Below are positions 1 to 9,230 of a stretch of 32,000 bases of DNA, piece by piece. The notes beneath the pieces were generated by a model. That model was not told the origin of the DNA and did not search any database. It saw nothing but the letters and a program-made list of their open reading frames with translations. The stretch covers positions 8,490,001 to 8,522,000 of the forward strand of contig NZ_CP042911.1 in the NCBI RefSeq assembly GCF_008065095.1. Reading direction: 5' to 3'. Each line of letters starts with the position of its first letter. The first letter of the stretch is position 1. A program made the position numbers and the translations under genes. The DNA comes from Gemmata obscuriglobus (GTDB lineage Bacteria > Planctomycetota > Planctomycetia > Gemmatales > Gemmataceae).

Positions 1-281
1 GCCGGCCGGTCGAGCGGGCCGACGCGCGAGCACTTCTGGGCCTGGTGCGGTCCCATTGGCGCATCGAGAACCAACGCCACGACGTGCGCGATGTGACCTT
101 GGGCGCGGATGCGTGCCGGGTCCGCAAGGGGGCCGCACCGCAGGTGCTCGCGGCCCTCCGCAACGCCGCCATTCACCTGCTCGCCACCGTACCCGCCGAC
201 CGCACGCCCGAAGAACTCGAATGGCTCCAGCGACACCCCGAACACGCACACAACCTTATCGGCATCACCCAACGTGAATAA
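1..281 (+). CDS. ISAs1-family DDE transposase, C-terminal fragment (5' end outside the window)
   Basis: Frame 3 is open from the window edge to the stop at 279-281. The translation ..LLGLVRSHWRIENQRHDVRDVTLGADACRVRKGAAPQVLAALRNAAIHLL.. carries the HWRIEN..RDVTLGEDA block typical of ISAs1 transposase C-termini. It aligns with the second copy at 8859-9209. Confidence 0.8.
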   Translation, partial: RPVERADARALLGLVRSHWRIENQRHDVRDVTLGADACRVRKGAAPQVLAALRNAAIHLLATVPADRTPEELEWLQRHPEHAHNLIGITQRE

Positions 282-293
282 CGGAATGGCCCT
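1..293 (+). mobile_element. Right-hand end of an ISAs1-family insertion sequence (the rest lies outside the window)
   Basis: The transposase C-terminus (CDS 1-281) is followed by gtgaataacggaatggccct at 274-293. Its reverse complement, agggccattccgttattcac, matches the terminal inverted repeat of the complete ISAs1-type element (7983-8002) at 17 of 20 positions. Confidence 0.7.
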
Positions 294-574
294 GCTGGGA
301 ACCGGAGGACCGATAAACGGAAGCGCGGCGCGGCTGCGTAACTGTTACCCGCGGAGCGACCCGCGCTGTTGAGATGATCGGGTGGGCGCGCGTAAACTGG
401 AGATGAGGCGGTGTCCGACAGACTTGGGGTGCGAACCTCGCTCCCCGGCCGCCCGTAGAAATAGAAGCCGGCTCGGTTGCCAATTCGCCGCCGGTAACAA
501 TCCACCGCCCACCCGCAGCAGTGCCCCGCGAAACGGGGCCGGGCGGCTCACGCACCAAAGGAGGTTGCGCAGTT

Positions 575-1480
575 ATGTCCGTGCTCGGAAAGCGAATCGT
601 GGCGGCCGGCGTGCTCGGCGCCGCCGCCCTGTCCGTCGGCATCGGGGTGTCGCTGTCGAACGCCGATGAGCCGAAGGCAACGAAGCCGCAGCCCGCTCCG
701 CTCGTCGCCCCCGGCGAGTTCGGTCCAGCGCAGGACCAGTTACGGCGAGCGATGGAAGCGCTGGCCAAGGACCCGAACGACCCGGCCGCGCGGCAGTTGC
801 TCGACGAGGCCTGGGGCCGGATGATGAAGGGGTTCCCTGCCGGACCCGGCGGGTTCCCCGGGCTCACGCCCCCCGCTCCCGCCACACGGCCGCGCCTGGG
901 CGTCCAACTCGAGCCGCTGAGCCCAATCGTCCGCGATCAGCTCGGCCTGGATGCGGGCGTCGCCATCGCCGGCGTGCTGGAGGGCTCGGCAGCCGAGAAG
1001 GCCGGGTTCAAGGTGCACGACATCGTGGTCGAGTTCGCCGGCCAAGCGACACCCGACCCGGCGGATTTCATGCGGCGGGTGGGCGAGGCCAAGGCCGGCG
1101 AGAAGGTCGACGCGGTCGTCGTCCGTAAGGGCAAGAGGGTCGAGCTGAAAGGGATCGAGCTGCCCGCGGTGACGCAACAGCCCCGAGCGTTCGAGTTGCC
1201 GCTGAACCCCCGGGCGTCGGACAAGGGCCGGGCCGGGAACTCGGCCTCGGTGTCGGTGTCGGGTGACACGTTTACCATCGACGCGACCCAGGACGGCGTG
1301 TCCTACCTCATCACCGGTAAAGTTGGACCGGACGGGGTGACTGCCGAAAAGGTGAGCGTTAAGGCGGGTGACGAGGCGATCGAGGCGGCCGAACTCGGGA
1401 AGGTGCCCGAGAAGTACCGCTCGACCGTGGAGCGGCTGCTGAAGCTCGTCGGGAAGCCCCGCGGGAAGGTCATCGACTGA
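575..1480 (+). CDS. Secreted PDZ-domain protein
   Basis: ATG at 575 lies 9 nt after AAGGAGG. N-terminal signal peptide MSVLGKRIVAAGVLGAAALSVGIG. PDZ-like core GVQLEPLSPIVRDQLGLDAGVAIAGVLEGSAAEKAGFKVHDIVVEFAGQ..VDAVVVRKGKRVELKGIEL. No protease domain is present. Confidence 0.7.
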   Translation: MSVLGKRIVAAGVLGAAALSVGIGVSLSNADEPKATKPQPAPLVAPGEFGPAQDQLRRAMEALAKDPNDPAARQLLDEAWGRMMKGFPAGPGGFPGLTPPAPATRPRLGVQLEPLSPIVRDQLGLDAGVAIAGVLEGSAAEKAGFKVHDIVVEFAGQATPDPADFMRRVGEAKAGEKVDAVVVRKGKRVELKGIELPAVTQQPRAFELPLNPRASDKGRAGNSASVSVSGDTFTIDATQDGVSYLITGKVGPDGVTAEKVSVKAGDEAIEAAELGKVPEKYRSTVERLLKLVGKPRGKVID

Positions 1481-1500
1481 GCAACATATGGACTGTTTGA

Positions 1501-1530
1501 GCGGCCCCGGCTCATGGCCGGGGCCGTTTC
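1501..1530 (+). terminator. Rho-independent-type terminator after the PDZ gene
   Basis: Perfect 10-bp GC stem cggccccggc (1502-1511) / gccggggccg (1517-1526), 5-nt loop tcatg, followed by ttt. It lies 20 nt after the stop codon. Confidence 0.65.
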
Positions 1531-1762
1531 GCTGTTCGGCCACCGCGGGCGTTCCGGTGCCCGTGTTTTCGCGTTGTCGCACTCGAATTTGCCAGACGGC
1601 ACTCGGCCGCGGCCCGACTTCTGAAATTGCTTTTGCGGTGGACGCGGCTCATCACTCGGGTTTACGCTCCTCGAAGCGGAGAAACGGACCGCCCCGTTGC
1701 TCCCGAGCCTGCGGGGCGTTGCGAAGCTCGGCGATTGTAACGACGGGCTCGAGAGGTGACCG

Positions 1763-2266
1763 ATGACGGACGCGATGAGCGACCAGTACCGCCGCTGGTT
1801 CGAGTACGAGCGGGACGCAAACGCCAAGGTGCTGGCGTCCCTGGAAACCGTTCCCCCGGACCGGCGCGACGGACCAGAGTACCAGCGGGCGGTGTCCGTT
1901 TTGGCGCACGTGGTGGCCGCGCGGCGCGTGTGGCTGGAGCGGCTCGGCGTGCTCCCGCCCGGCACCGCCACGTTGTTCCCCGACGGCGCCGGGTTCGAGC
2001 GGGTGGCGGCCGAGTGCCGGGAGGTCGAGGGGCACTGGACGGCGTTCCTCGCCGGCCTCGACGCCGCGGCGCTGGCCCGGACGTTCGAGTACCGGAGCCT
2101 CGACGGCGGCCGGTTCCGCAATGCCATCGGGGACATCTTGGCGCAACTGTTCGGGCACTCGTGGTACCACCGGGGCCAGATCGCCATGCTGGTTCGGGCC
2201 GCGGGCGGCGCGCCCGCCGTCACGGACTTCATTTACTGGTGCCGCGAGCCGGTCCCGGGCGCGTAA
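1763..2266 (+). CDS. DinB-family (DinB_2-like four-helix-bundle) protein
   Basis: 167 aa. GAGAGG lies 6 nt upstream of the ATG. The sequence YRRWFEYERDANAKVLASLETVP...LAHVVAARRVWLERL...ILAQLFGHSWYHRGQIAMLVR has the His-containing helices typical of DinB/YfiT-like proteins. Confidence 0.75.
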   Translation: MTDAMSDQYRRWFEYERDANAKVLASLETVPPDRRDGPEYQRAVSVLAHVVAARRVWLERLGVLPPGTATLFPDGAGFERVAAECREVEGHWTAFLAGLDAAALARTFEYRSLDGGRFRNAIGDILAQLFGHSWYHRGQIAMLVRAAGGAPAVTDFIYWCREPVPGA

Positions 2267-2268
2267 CG

Positions 2269-2520
2269 TCAGTCGCGGGTCGCGTAAATGTACGTGACGC
2301 TGCCGTCCGGGTAGCAGATGTGGAACATGAACGCCCGGTCGGGTTCAACGGCCTCGCCCGTATGGAACTTGCGCCCCCGGTCGTTGACGTGGAACGGGGT
2401 GTACTTCCCGGCGGCCGGGTCGCCGCCGACCCGGAGCACCCGCACGGCCGCGGGCAGTTTGGGCGCGGGGCGGTCGCGGACCGTCCAGCCGAGGGCGGCG
2501 GCAAGGGCGAGCCGGCGCAT
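2269..2520 (-). CDS. Small secreted hypothetical protein (83 aa)
   Basis: ATG at 2520 is preceded by AGGAG about 7 nt upstream. Signal-peptide-like MRRLALAAALGW. Convergent with the DinB gene; the two stop codons are only 2 nt apart. The longer ORF start at 2625 has no RBS and an Arg/Gly-rich leader. Confidence 0.5.
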   Translation of the reverse strand: MRRLALAAALGWTVRDRPAPKLPAAVRVLRVGGDPAAGKYTPFHVNDRGRKFHTGEAVEPDRAFMFHICYPDGSVTYIYATRD

Positions 2521-2693
2521 GGCGATCTCCTGTGGTGCGGTCACCAGATGAACGTCTCGGTCCGTCTCAATCGGACAGCCGACGCCACGGCCCGGGCGCC
2601 GCTCTCCCGAATTCCCCCGCGTCACTAGACCTATCGTACCGGCGGCCTCGTCTTGAGGAGTAACCGCACACGTTCCCAGGTGGGGCTCGATTT

Positions 2694-3581
2694 ATGTTCG
2701 TTTCGGTCGGCTGCACGAACTGCGGAAAGCCGTTCCAAGTGCCCGAGGCCGCGCCCGGGCCAACGGCTCGGTGCCCGTGGTGCCAGGCCGACGTGGCCGT
2801 CCTCCCGGGCGCCGCATCCCCACGGCCCGCCGCGGCCCCGACCGAACCACCGGCCCCGAAGTGGCTCAAGAAGTATACCGCCGACGCCCCCCGGGCACGC
2901 CCCGCACCGGTCACAACGCCGCACGGGCAGGAACCGCTCTCGCTCGACGACGACGAGCCCCCGGTCGCGCGGCCCGGCCCGAGGGCTCCGCGGTTCCGCC
3001 CCGCGACGGTCGCGGCCGTCGCCGGCGTCTCGCTCGCGGCGCTGCTGCTGACCGTTGCGGCGCGCGGGTACGGGTCCGGTCGCGTGCAGGAGTGGTTCTG
3101 GACCGAGTACACGCCGCCCGACTGGTCGTGTTCGGTGCTGCTCCCGGCAACGCCGTCGGAACAATCGATGGAGGCGAACCCGGACGGCTTCACGACCGGC
3201 GGTAAGCGGTACGACGCGAAGGGCTGGCTCACCCGGTCGGCGGCGTGGCTCGCCTGGAGCGACCTCGACCCCGCGTTCGCGAAGTCCGTCGCGGCCGACA
3301 AGGAGGGTAAAACGGCTTCGCACGCCCTGCGCGCCGAACTGGTGCGCGAGGCGTCACGGCTCCGGGGCACCATAACGAAGGAGGGCGGCGTGCAGGCCGG
3401 TTCCGGCTGGGGCTACGAGGTTCACATGGACACCCCGCGCGGGAAGGTGATCGAGTGGCTGATCGTGCGGCCCGCCGCCCCGCGCCCGCGGCTCTACGTG
3501 TACGGGCTGGAGGCCACCAACATCTCGCCCGACAGCGCGGCCGTCCGCCGCATGTTCACATCGTTTCAGGTTCACGAGTAA
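2694..3581 (+). CDS. Hypothetical membrane protein with N-terminal zinc-ribbon (CxxC..CxxC)
   Basis: 295 aa. N-terminus MFVSVGCTNCGKPFQVPEAAPGPTARCPWCQADV, then a Pro-rich linker, one hydrophobic helix (TVAAVAGVSLAALLLTVAA) and a C-terminal domain of about 170 aa with no family I recognise. Confidence 0.6.
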   Translation: MFVSVGCTNCGKPFQVPEAAPGPTARCPWCQADVAVLPGAASPRPAAAPTEPPAPKWLKKYTADAPRARPAPVTTPHGQEPLSLDDDEPPVARPGPRAPRFRPATVAAVAGVSLAALLLTVAARGYGSGRVQEWFWTEYTPPDWSCSVLLPATPSEQSMEANPDGFTTGGKRYDAKGWLTRSAAWLAWSDLDPAFAKSVAADKEGKTASHALRAELVREASRLRGTITKEGGVQAGSGWGYEVHMDTPRGKVIEWLIVRPAAPRPRLYVYGLEATNISPDSAAVRRMFTSFQVHE

Positions 3582-3761
3582 CACCGAGCGGCGTGGGCTG
3601 ATGTTGCTTGGCGTACAGCTGGTGTTGAGTGCGGCCTGCCTAATCCCGAGAGCGGTGATCGAACAACCATCACGACACCGACCGTTTTCGCAACCGCTCG
3701 CGGAGCGAGCGGGCCACACTCCGGACACGCCGGGTCTTCCGTGAACCGCCGTCCCACCGGG

Positions 3762-6095
3762 CTATCGTCCGGTGACGCGGGTCGCCTGCTCCTCACGTAG
3801 CGGGTTCGTCAGGTGCGCCGCCTTCACCTCGGCCTTGAACCGCGCGTCGCCCGCCTGAGCCGCGTCCATTTCGACCGTGAACGTGAGCGTTCGGCCGGGC
3901 GGTAACTCCTCGACGGCGGTGAACGTGATGCGCCCGTTCGCGTCGGCGCGGCCCTCGGCGGCCCCGCTGCCGCGGACGAACTTCAGTTCGGGGGTCGCGG
4001 TCGCGGACACTTCGATGTTCCGGGCCGAGACGGTGCCCTGGTTCTTCACGCGGATCTGGTACTTCGCCCGCTTGCCGGCCTCCACGACCCCCGGGGGCGT
4101 GGCCAGTTCCAGCGCCAGGGCGGCCGTCCCGATGATCGCCACGGCCGCCTCGCCGCGGGCCTCGACCGGCGCGCCGACCGCCTTCCCGTTGCTGACCGCG
4201 TCGCCGAGCGCCGACACCGTCACGGCCCCCTGCGGCGCCAGCCGGACCGCGTCGGCGTCGAGCGTGAACGACTTCTGCGCCCCGGGGGCCAGTTCCGCAA
4301 TCTTCCACTGAACGGGACCGGCGCCGACCGACCCGCCGTCCGCGGCCGTCACCTTCACCTCCGCCGGCACGGCGGCGCGGACGACCACGTTCGACACCGC
4401 CGCGTCGCCGCGGTTCGTCACGGTAACGGTCCAGGAGACCTGCTGGTTGAGGTACGCGAGCTTCGACCCGCTCACCGCAACGGCCAGTTCGGCGCGCCGC
4501 ACCTCGATCGTCAGCGGTTCGGCCGTGCCGGAAAGGTTCCCGTCCCCCGTGGCGCTGGCGCGGACGCCGAACTTGCCGGCCGCTTTGGCGCTGAGCGGCA
4601 AGTCGAGCGACTTCGTTTGGCCCGGGTTGAGCGTACCGGCCGGAAGCTCGATCGGTTTGCGGTCGGCCGCGGGCGCCAACCCGTCGTCCGCCCGTGCCCA
4701 CACCGTCACGTTCGCCGCGGCGGCCGCGCCGGTGTTGGTGACCAAAACGCGGGCCGCGATCTTCTCGCCCGCGAGCGCGATCGCAGGCGCCTCGACGAGC
4801 ACCTGGAGCTTGGCCTGCTCGACGCGCACCGTTTCGCTGGTGTCGGCCTGCAGCCCGTCCCCGGTGACGGCGTCGGCGCGAACGGTGACCGCACCGAGCT
4901 TCGCGGGCACCACCTGGAGCGTGACCTGCTGCTTGCCCTTCCCGCTCACCGGCGGCAGGTCGAACGTGAGAGCGCCGCTCTTGTCCAGGCCGGTCGGGGG
5001 CGGGTCGCTGCGCTCGAGGGTGGCGCCGTCCGAAAGCGCGACGCTGATGCGCGCGTCCCGGCTGTCCACACCGGCCACGTTTTCGAGCGTCACCGTGACC
5101 GGGAACGGCCTGTTGGGGCCGGCCACCGGCGGGGCGGTCATTTTGAGCTTCACCGAGGGCGCGGCCCATTCGATGGTGGTCTCGCGCCGGCCCACCACGG
5201 CGCCCGGCCCCACGCCGCTTTCGGACGGCTTCACCACCTCCACCGCGACCCGCGTTTTGCCGGCCTTGGGGTCGCGCTGGACGAGCCGCACGGTCGCCTC
5301 GTTGCTGCCCTCGAGGCTCGCCTCCGCCTCCTTCCCGCCGGACCCGGACAGGGCGACCGTTTCGTTACCGGCGGCGACCAGCGTGGCCGGCGGCCCTTCG
5401 AGCACGCGGTAGCGAACGCGGAAGTTGCCGCCGGCGTCGGTCGCGGTCGGGTTGATGCTGGTCGCGAGCGTGGTCTCGCCGCCGACCCGCACGGTCACCG
5501 GCTCGGGGAACTTGAACCGCGCGTCGCCCCACATCACCTTCGTCACGACGCGGCCGTTGTCCCAGTTGAACACCTCTGGCGCGTACGCCGTCACGACCGT
5601 CTCGCCCGGGATCGCGGAGCTGAGCACGACGAACGTTTGCCCCGGTTCGACCGCCACATCGTCCTTCGGGTCGTCGTTGCCCCGGGTTATGGTTTTGGGG
5701 ACGTAGGACGTGTGCGTGACGGCGCGCTTGTTGTCGATGAGGTACCCGCGCCCGCGGGTGACCCCGGACTCGTCGGCCTCAATGATGTTCCCCGGCCCCT
5801 CGACGATCCACTCCACGCGCCGGTCACGGCGCGGCGTCCCGTCCTTGTCGTACACGGTTGCCACGAGGACGATCTGCGACCCGAGAGGGGCGTTGACGAG
5901 CCCGCCGGGTTTGACCTCAAGGCGGTGCGACTTGGGGTCGAAGTCGCGGAAGTACCCGCGCCCGCCCGGTTTGGCGTGCGTCTGCTCGATCGGCCCCGGC
6001 GGGATGAGGTACGGGAAGTATCCCGGGGTGTACGTACACCCGCCCGCGGTCACGGTCGCGGCGAGAGCGATAACAGCGGCGAGGCGTACAGACAT
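3762..6095 (-). CDS. Large cell-envelope protein with DUF11/CARDB-like repeat domains (possible lipoprotein)
   Basis: ATG at 6095 with GGGAGGA 9 nt upstream. Signal peptide MSVRLAAVIALAATVTAGGC, with a Cys after the hydrophobic core. Repeated modules of the form LVTNTGAAAAANVTVWA / VTVTNRGDAAVSNVVVRA / IRVKNQGTVSARNIEVSA are characteristic of DUF11 conserved repeat domains. The upstream in-frame extension to 6263 is Arg-rich and lacks an RBS. Confidence 0.75.
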   Translation of the reverse strand: MSVRLAAVIALAATVTAGGCTYTPGYFPYLIPPGPIEQTHAKPGGRGYFRDFDPKSHRLEVKPGGLVNAPLGSQIVLVATVYDKDGTPRRDRRVEWIVEGPGNIIEADESGVTRGRGYLIDNKRAVTHTSYVPKTITRGNDDPKDDVAVEPGQTFVVLSSAIPGETVVTAYAPEVFNWDNGRVVTKVMWGDARFKFPEPVTVRVGGETTLATSINPTATDAGGNFRVRYRVLEGPPATLVAAGNETVALSGSGGKEAEASLEGSNEATVRLVQRDPKAGKTRVAVEVVKPSESGVGPGAVVGRRETTIEWAAPSVKLKMTAPPVAGPNRPFPVTVTLENVAGVDSRDARISVALSDGATLERSDPPPTGLDKSGALTFDLPPVSGKGKQQVTLQVVPAKLGAVTVRADAVTGDGLQADTSETVRVEQAKLQVLVEAPAIALAGEKIAARVLVTNTGAAAAANVTVWARADDGLAPAADRKPIELPAGTLNPGQTKSLDLPLSAKAAGKFGVRASATGDGNLSGTAEPLTIEVRRAELAVAVSGSKLAYLNQQVSWTVTVTNRGDAAVSNVVVRAAVPAEVKVTAADGGSVGAGPVQWKIAELAPGAQKSFTLDADAVRLAPQGAVTVSALGDAVSNGKAVGAPVEARGEAAVAIIGTAALALELATPPGVVEAGKRAKYQIRVKNQGTVSARNIEVSATATPELKFVRGSGAAEGRADANGRITFTAVEELPPGRTLTFTVEMDAAQAGDARFKAEVKAAHLTNPLREEQATRVTGR

Positions 6096-6290
6096 CGGTT
6101 GCGTTCCTCCCGCTCCGGGGCCGGGCGGCGGAATACGCAAGAGCGGAAAGAAGTGCAAGCCGGAGTGCGGGGGCGTGTCTCCTGGTTCACGGGCGGTTGG
6201 TCGAAACGAGCCGGCGGCGTGGGCGACGGCACACCTTGCCCGTCGCCCACGCCGCCGGCTCACCGAACCATCACCGCTCCGGCCGCCCGC

Positions 6291-7022
6291 TCAGTCGTCG
6301 TTGCTGACGCTCATGAAGATGCGGAGCACGTACCAGAACAGCAGCGCCACCGAGGCGAACAGTTGCAGCGAGGCCGACACGTGCTGGTCCGTGCCGTAGT
6401 GGTGGATGATGTTCGACGTGTCGTAGATGATGAACCCGCACGCGAGGGCCACCATCGCCACGGCGAACACCAGCCCCAGGCTGAACCCGCCGATCACCGC
6501 CGCGATCACCAGCCCCAGCGCGAGCAGGGCCCCCACCCACAGGATCGGGCCGAGGAAGGAGAAGTCCTTACCGGACAGGAACACCGCGGCCGTCAGCCCG
6601 GCGAACGCCGCGAGCGTCACGATCCCGGCCTGGAGGGGCAGCGCCTTGCCCGCGTACTGCGGCGCCTGCGTCGCCACGATGAGGATCGGCAGGAAGATGA
6701 CCACTTCGAGCAGCACGTACAGGGTGAGGCCCGCGTACTGCAACCCGATCGACTGACGCGACCGGGCCATCGCCTGCGCCGCCAGCCCGCCGACCACGAA
6801 CAGCACCATCAGGCCCAGCCAGGCCATGTTCCCGCCGCCCATGAAGACGGAGCGGACGATGTCCCGGCCGAGGCCCGACTCGAGCAGAACGGCCTCAATC
6901 CCGACGAACGCCAGGATCGCACCGGTCAGGTGGGCGTAGGTGCGGCGGATGAACGCGAGCCGCACGTTCGGCGGCGCCGCCGCGACCGGTTCACTGTGGT
7001 AGCCGTCAACGAGGTAACTCAT
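6291..7022 (-). CDS. Bax inhibitor-1/YccA family inner-membrane protein
   Basis: 243 aa with about 7 predicted TM helices. N-terminal FIRRTYAHLTGAILAF and C-terminal ..IIYDTSNIIHHY....ASLQLFASVALLFWYVLRIF are typical of the BI-1/UPF0005 family. GGAGA lies 9 nt upstream of the ATG. Confidence 0.85.
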   Translation of the reverse strand: MSYLVDGYHSEPVAAAPPNVRLAFIRRTYAHLTGAILAFVGIEAVLLESGLGRDIVRSVFMGGGNMAWLGLMVLFVVGGLAAQAMARSRQSIGLQYAGLTLYVLLEVVIFLPILIVATQAPQYAGKALPLQAGIVTLAAFAGLTAAVFLSGKDFSFLGPILWVGALLALGLVIAAVIGGFSLGLVFAVAMVALACGFIIYDTSNIIHHYGTDQHVSASLQLFASVALLFWYVLRIFMSVSNDD

Positions 7023-7091
7023 GCCTGGGTCTCCGAATGGTTACCCCAATTCTACGCAACTGTCGTGCCCCGGCACAAGTTCCGATCGCGA

Positions 7092-7880
7092 TCAGAGGTC
7101 GAACACGGCTTCGCCCAGCCCGACGTTCCGCTTCACGTCGCTGAAGCTGTACGCCTCGAACAGGTCGCCGACCGCGGCGCCGGACTTCGGCTGGTCGTAG
7201 GCCTCGTACCGGAGCGGCAGCTTCGTTTCCTTGTCGACGTACACCAGCGTGCGGTGGGCGTGGCGGAACGCGTGCGGCCGGCGGGTGAAGATCTCGTAGC
7301 GGGTCACGTTGCGGCCGGCGAACTGGAAGTCGCCCGTGTAGACCTCCACCGGGTTGTTCAGCGCCTTCTCGCGGGCCGCGGCGGTCGCGACGCGATCGAC
7401 GACGGCCGACATCGTCCAGTCGGCGACGGGGTGCCGGTTCTCGGCCAGGAACTTCGAGTCGTCCAGGTCGAGGGTGCGGAACCCCTTCGCGCCGCCGACG
7501 CCCGCCGGGCGGTACCGGAACTTGTCATTCTTGCGGGCCGCGGTGTAGGCGACTTCCATGCCCGCGATCGCGTCCGGGCGGGCGAACCGCACGTACACGC
7601 CGCCCGGGTTCAGCCGCACCTTCATCTCCGCGACCTGCTCGGCCGACAGCGCGCCCTTCACCACCTCCTGGCGGGTGAAGGTGCAGGTGTAGTCGCGGGT
7701 TTTGCCCAGCGCGCCCTTCGCCTCCGCGATCATGGTCGCGAGCGGGTCGGTAATTTTGGCACCCTCGGGCGCTTTAGGCGCTTCGGTTTTGGGCGCCCCG
7801 CCCTTCGGCGGCTGGGCGACGACCGCCCCCACGCCGAGTACCCCGGCAAACGCCACCGCCAGCCACGCCTTCGCGCGCAT
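7092..7880 (-). CDS. Secreted DUF1571-like protein
   Basis: ATG at 7880 (GGGAG upstream). Signal peptide MRAKAWLAVAFAGVLGVGAVVA. Body ..KTRDYTCTFTRQEVVKGAL..VYVRF..FRYRP..DL. resembles DUF1571 proteins common in planctomycetes. The family call is from memory of the pattern, not from a search. Confidence 0.6.
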   Translation of the reverse strand: MRAKAWLAVAFAGVLGVGAVVAQPPKGGAPKTEAPKAPEGAKITDPLATMIAEAKGALGKTRDYTCTFTRQEVVKGALSAEQVAEMKVRLNPGGVYVRFARPDAIAGMEVAYTAARKNDKFRYRPAGVGGAKGFRTLDLDDSKFLAENRHPVADWTMSAVVDRVATAAAREKALNNPVEVYTGDFQFAGRNVTRYEIFTRRPHAFRHAHRTLVYVDKETKLPLRYEAYDQPKSGAAVGDLFEAYSFSDVKRNVGLGEAVFDL

Positions 7881-7982
7881 GTTCGCTCCCCCCGCGGACA
7901 CCGAATCGGGACACTTTGCGGGCCACATAACAACCGCGCCCGGATCGGGGAAGAGCAGTTCGCGTAAGAGGGTGCCCCTCTC

Positions 7983-9230
7983 AGGGCCTTTCCTTATTTC
8001 ACCTTGCTTACACGAGGGAACGTGGCTATGTGGGGCGCCTTCTCGCAGCCAGGAAGGTACCCATGTCTCCTTGCACCCTGGTCGATGCCCTGGCGGCGGT
8101 TCCCGATCCCCGCAGCAAGCACGGCCTTATCCACCCACTCGCCCCCTTCCTCGGACTCGTCGCCCTCGCCATGCTCATGGGGCGCACCAGCCTCAATGGC
8201 ATCGCTCGCTTCGGGCGACAGCACGGACCCGCCCTCGCCCATGCCCTCGGCTTCCGACGCGGCAAGACCCCGGCCGTTTCCACGCTCTCCCGCACCCTGC
8301 GACGCTTCGACGCCGACCAACTGGAGCACGTCCTCTCGTACTGGATCGCCAGCCGCGTCGACCCGGCCGCCTTCACACACATCTCCATCGACGGCAAGAC
8401 CCTTCGAGGCTCTCGCAACGGCGCGATCCCCGGTCAGCACCTGCTGGCCGCATACGCCCCCACCGTCGGTGCCGTACTCGCCCAGGTCAAGGTCGATGCG
8501 AGCACCAACGAGCACAAGGCCGCCTTGACGCTCCTCGGCATTCTGCCGCTGCGAGGGAAGGTCGTGGTCGGCGACGCCATGTTCTGCCAGCGAGACCTGG
8601 CCGAGGAGGTGGTCGGGGCCGGCGGCGACTACGTGCTCACGGTGAAGGACAACCAACCCGGATTGGGGATCGACATCCGAGCCGGGTTCGCCTTCGAGAC
8701 CGCCGCCCGATCGATCGCGGCGGCCACTTCCCCCTGGGGATCGGCCTCCGCCCGCCCCGAGCCGCATCGCCACGACCGTCGATAAGGGTCACGGCCGCAT
8801 CGAGAAGCGGACGCTGCAAACGACCTCGATTCTGACGTGCTCGCCGACGTGGGCGGGGGTGAAGCAGGGCTTCCAGTTGACGCGTGAGCGGACGGTCCGA
8901 GGCCAAACGACGGTCGAAGTGCATTTCGGCATCACGAGCCTGTCGGCCGAGAAGGCGGATGCGGCCACACTCCTGAACCATGTGCGGACGCACTGGCGCA
9001 TCGAGAACGAACTGCATTACGTGCGTGACGTGACACTGGGCGAGGACGCGTGTCGTGTGCGCATGGGGCACGCACCACAGGTGCTGGCGGCGCTGCGGAA
9101 CGCCGTGGTGCACCTGTGGCGTGAGGTCAAGGCGGTGAGTTGCCCGGAGGCGATCGAGCGGCTCCAGATGGACCCGGCAATGGCCAAGGGACTTATCGGA
9201 GTTACGTAGAGTGAATCAAGGAAAGGCCCT
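7983..9230 (+). mobile_element. Complete ISAs1-family insertion sequence (about 1.25 kb)
   Basis: Terminal inverted repeats agggcctttccttatttcac (7983-8002) and the reverse complement of 9211-9230, agggcctttccttgattcac, match at 18/20. The element is flanked by a perfect 11-bp direct repeat ggtgcccctct (7971-7981 and 9231-9241), interpreted as the target-site duplication. The boundary is ambiguous by 1 nt. Confidence 0.85.
8063..9209 (+). pseudogene. ISAs1-family DDE transposase interrupted by one frameshift
   Basis: The N-terminal part runs in one frame from ATG 8063 (AGGAAGG upstream): MSPCTLVDALAAVPDPRSKHG...GGDYVLTVKDNQPGL, with stop at 8783-8785. The C-terminal part is in the +1 frame: ..TVDKGHGRIEKRTLQTTSIL..WAGVKQGFQLTRERT...HWRIENELHYVRDVTLGEDACR.., with stop at 9207-9209. 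The shift must lie between about 8690 and 8778. The C5 run (8730-8734) and G4 run (8736-8739) are the obvious candidate sites. Confidence 0.8.

Noticed and set aside
458-470. Shared 12-mer aatagaagccgg at about 458-470 and about 22667-22678
   Set aside because: A single 12-nt match between two positions in 32 kb (both strands) is expected by chance many times over. No extended similarity surrounds it.
4617-7967. 1116-aa ORF on the + strand, the longest-looking ORF in the left half of the window
   Set aside because: It runs antisense through three well-supported minus-strand genes (DUF11 protein, BI-1 family, DUF1571-like). Its translation is Arg/Gly/His/Pro-rich low complexity with no recognisable domain. 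This is a typical artefact of stop-codon-poor high-GC DNA.
1-9230. Possible composite transposon formed by the two same-orientation ISAs1-family copies flanking 294-7982
   Set aside because: The two copies are clearly diverged. Their transposase C-termini differ in many residues and become unalignable after ..ALRNA.., and their terminal repeats match at only 17/20. They are therefore different IS species. The intervening genes are ordinary chromosomal genes, and the left copy is truncated by the window, so no outer ends or target duplications can be assessed.
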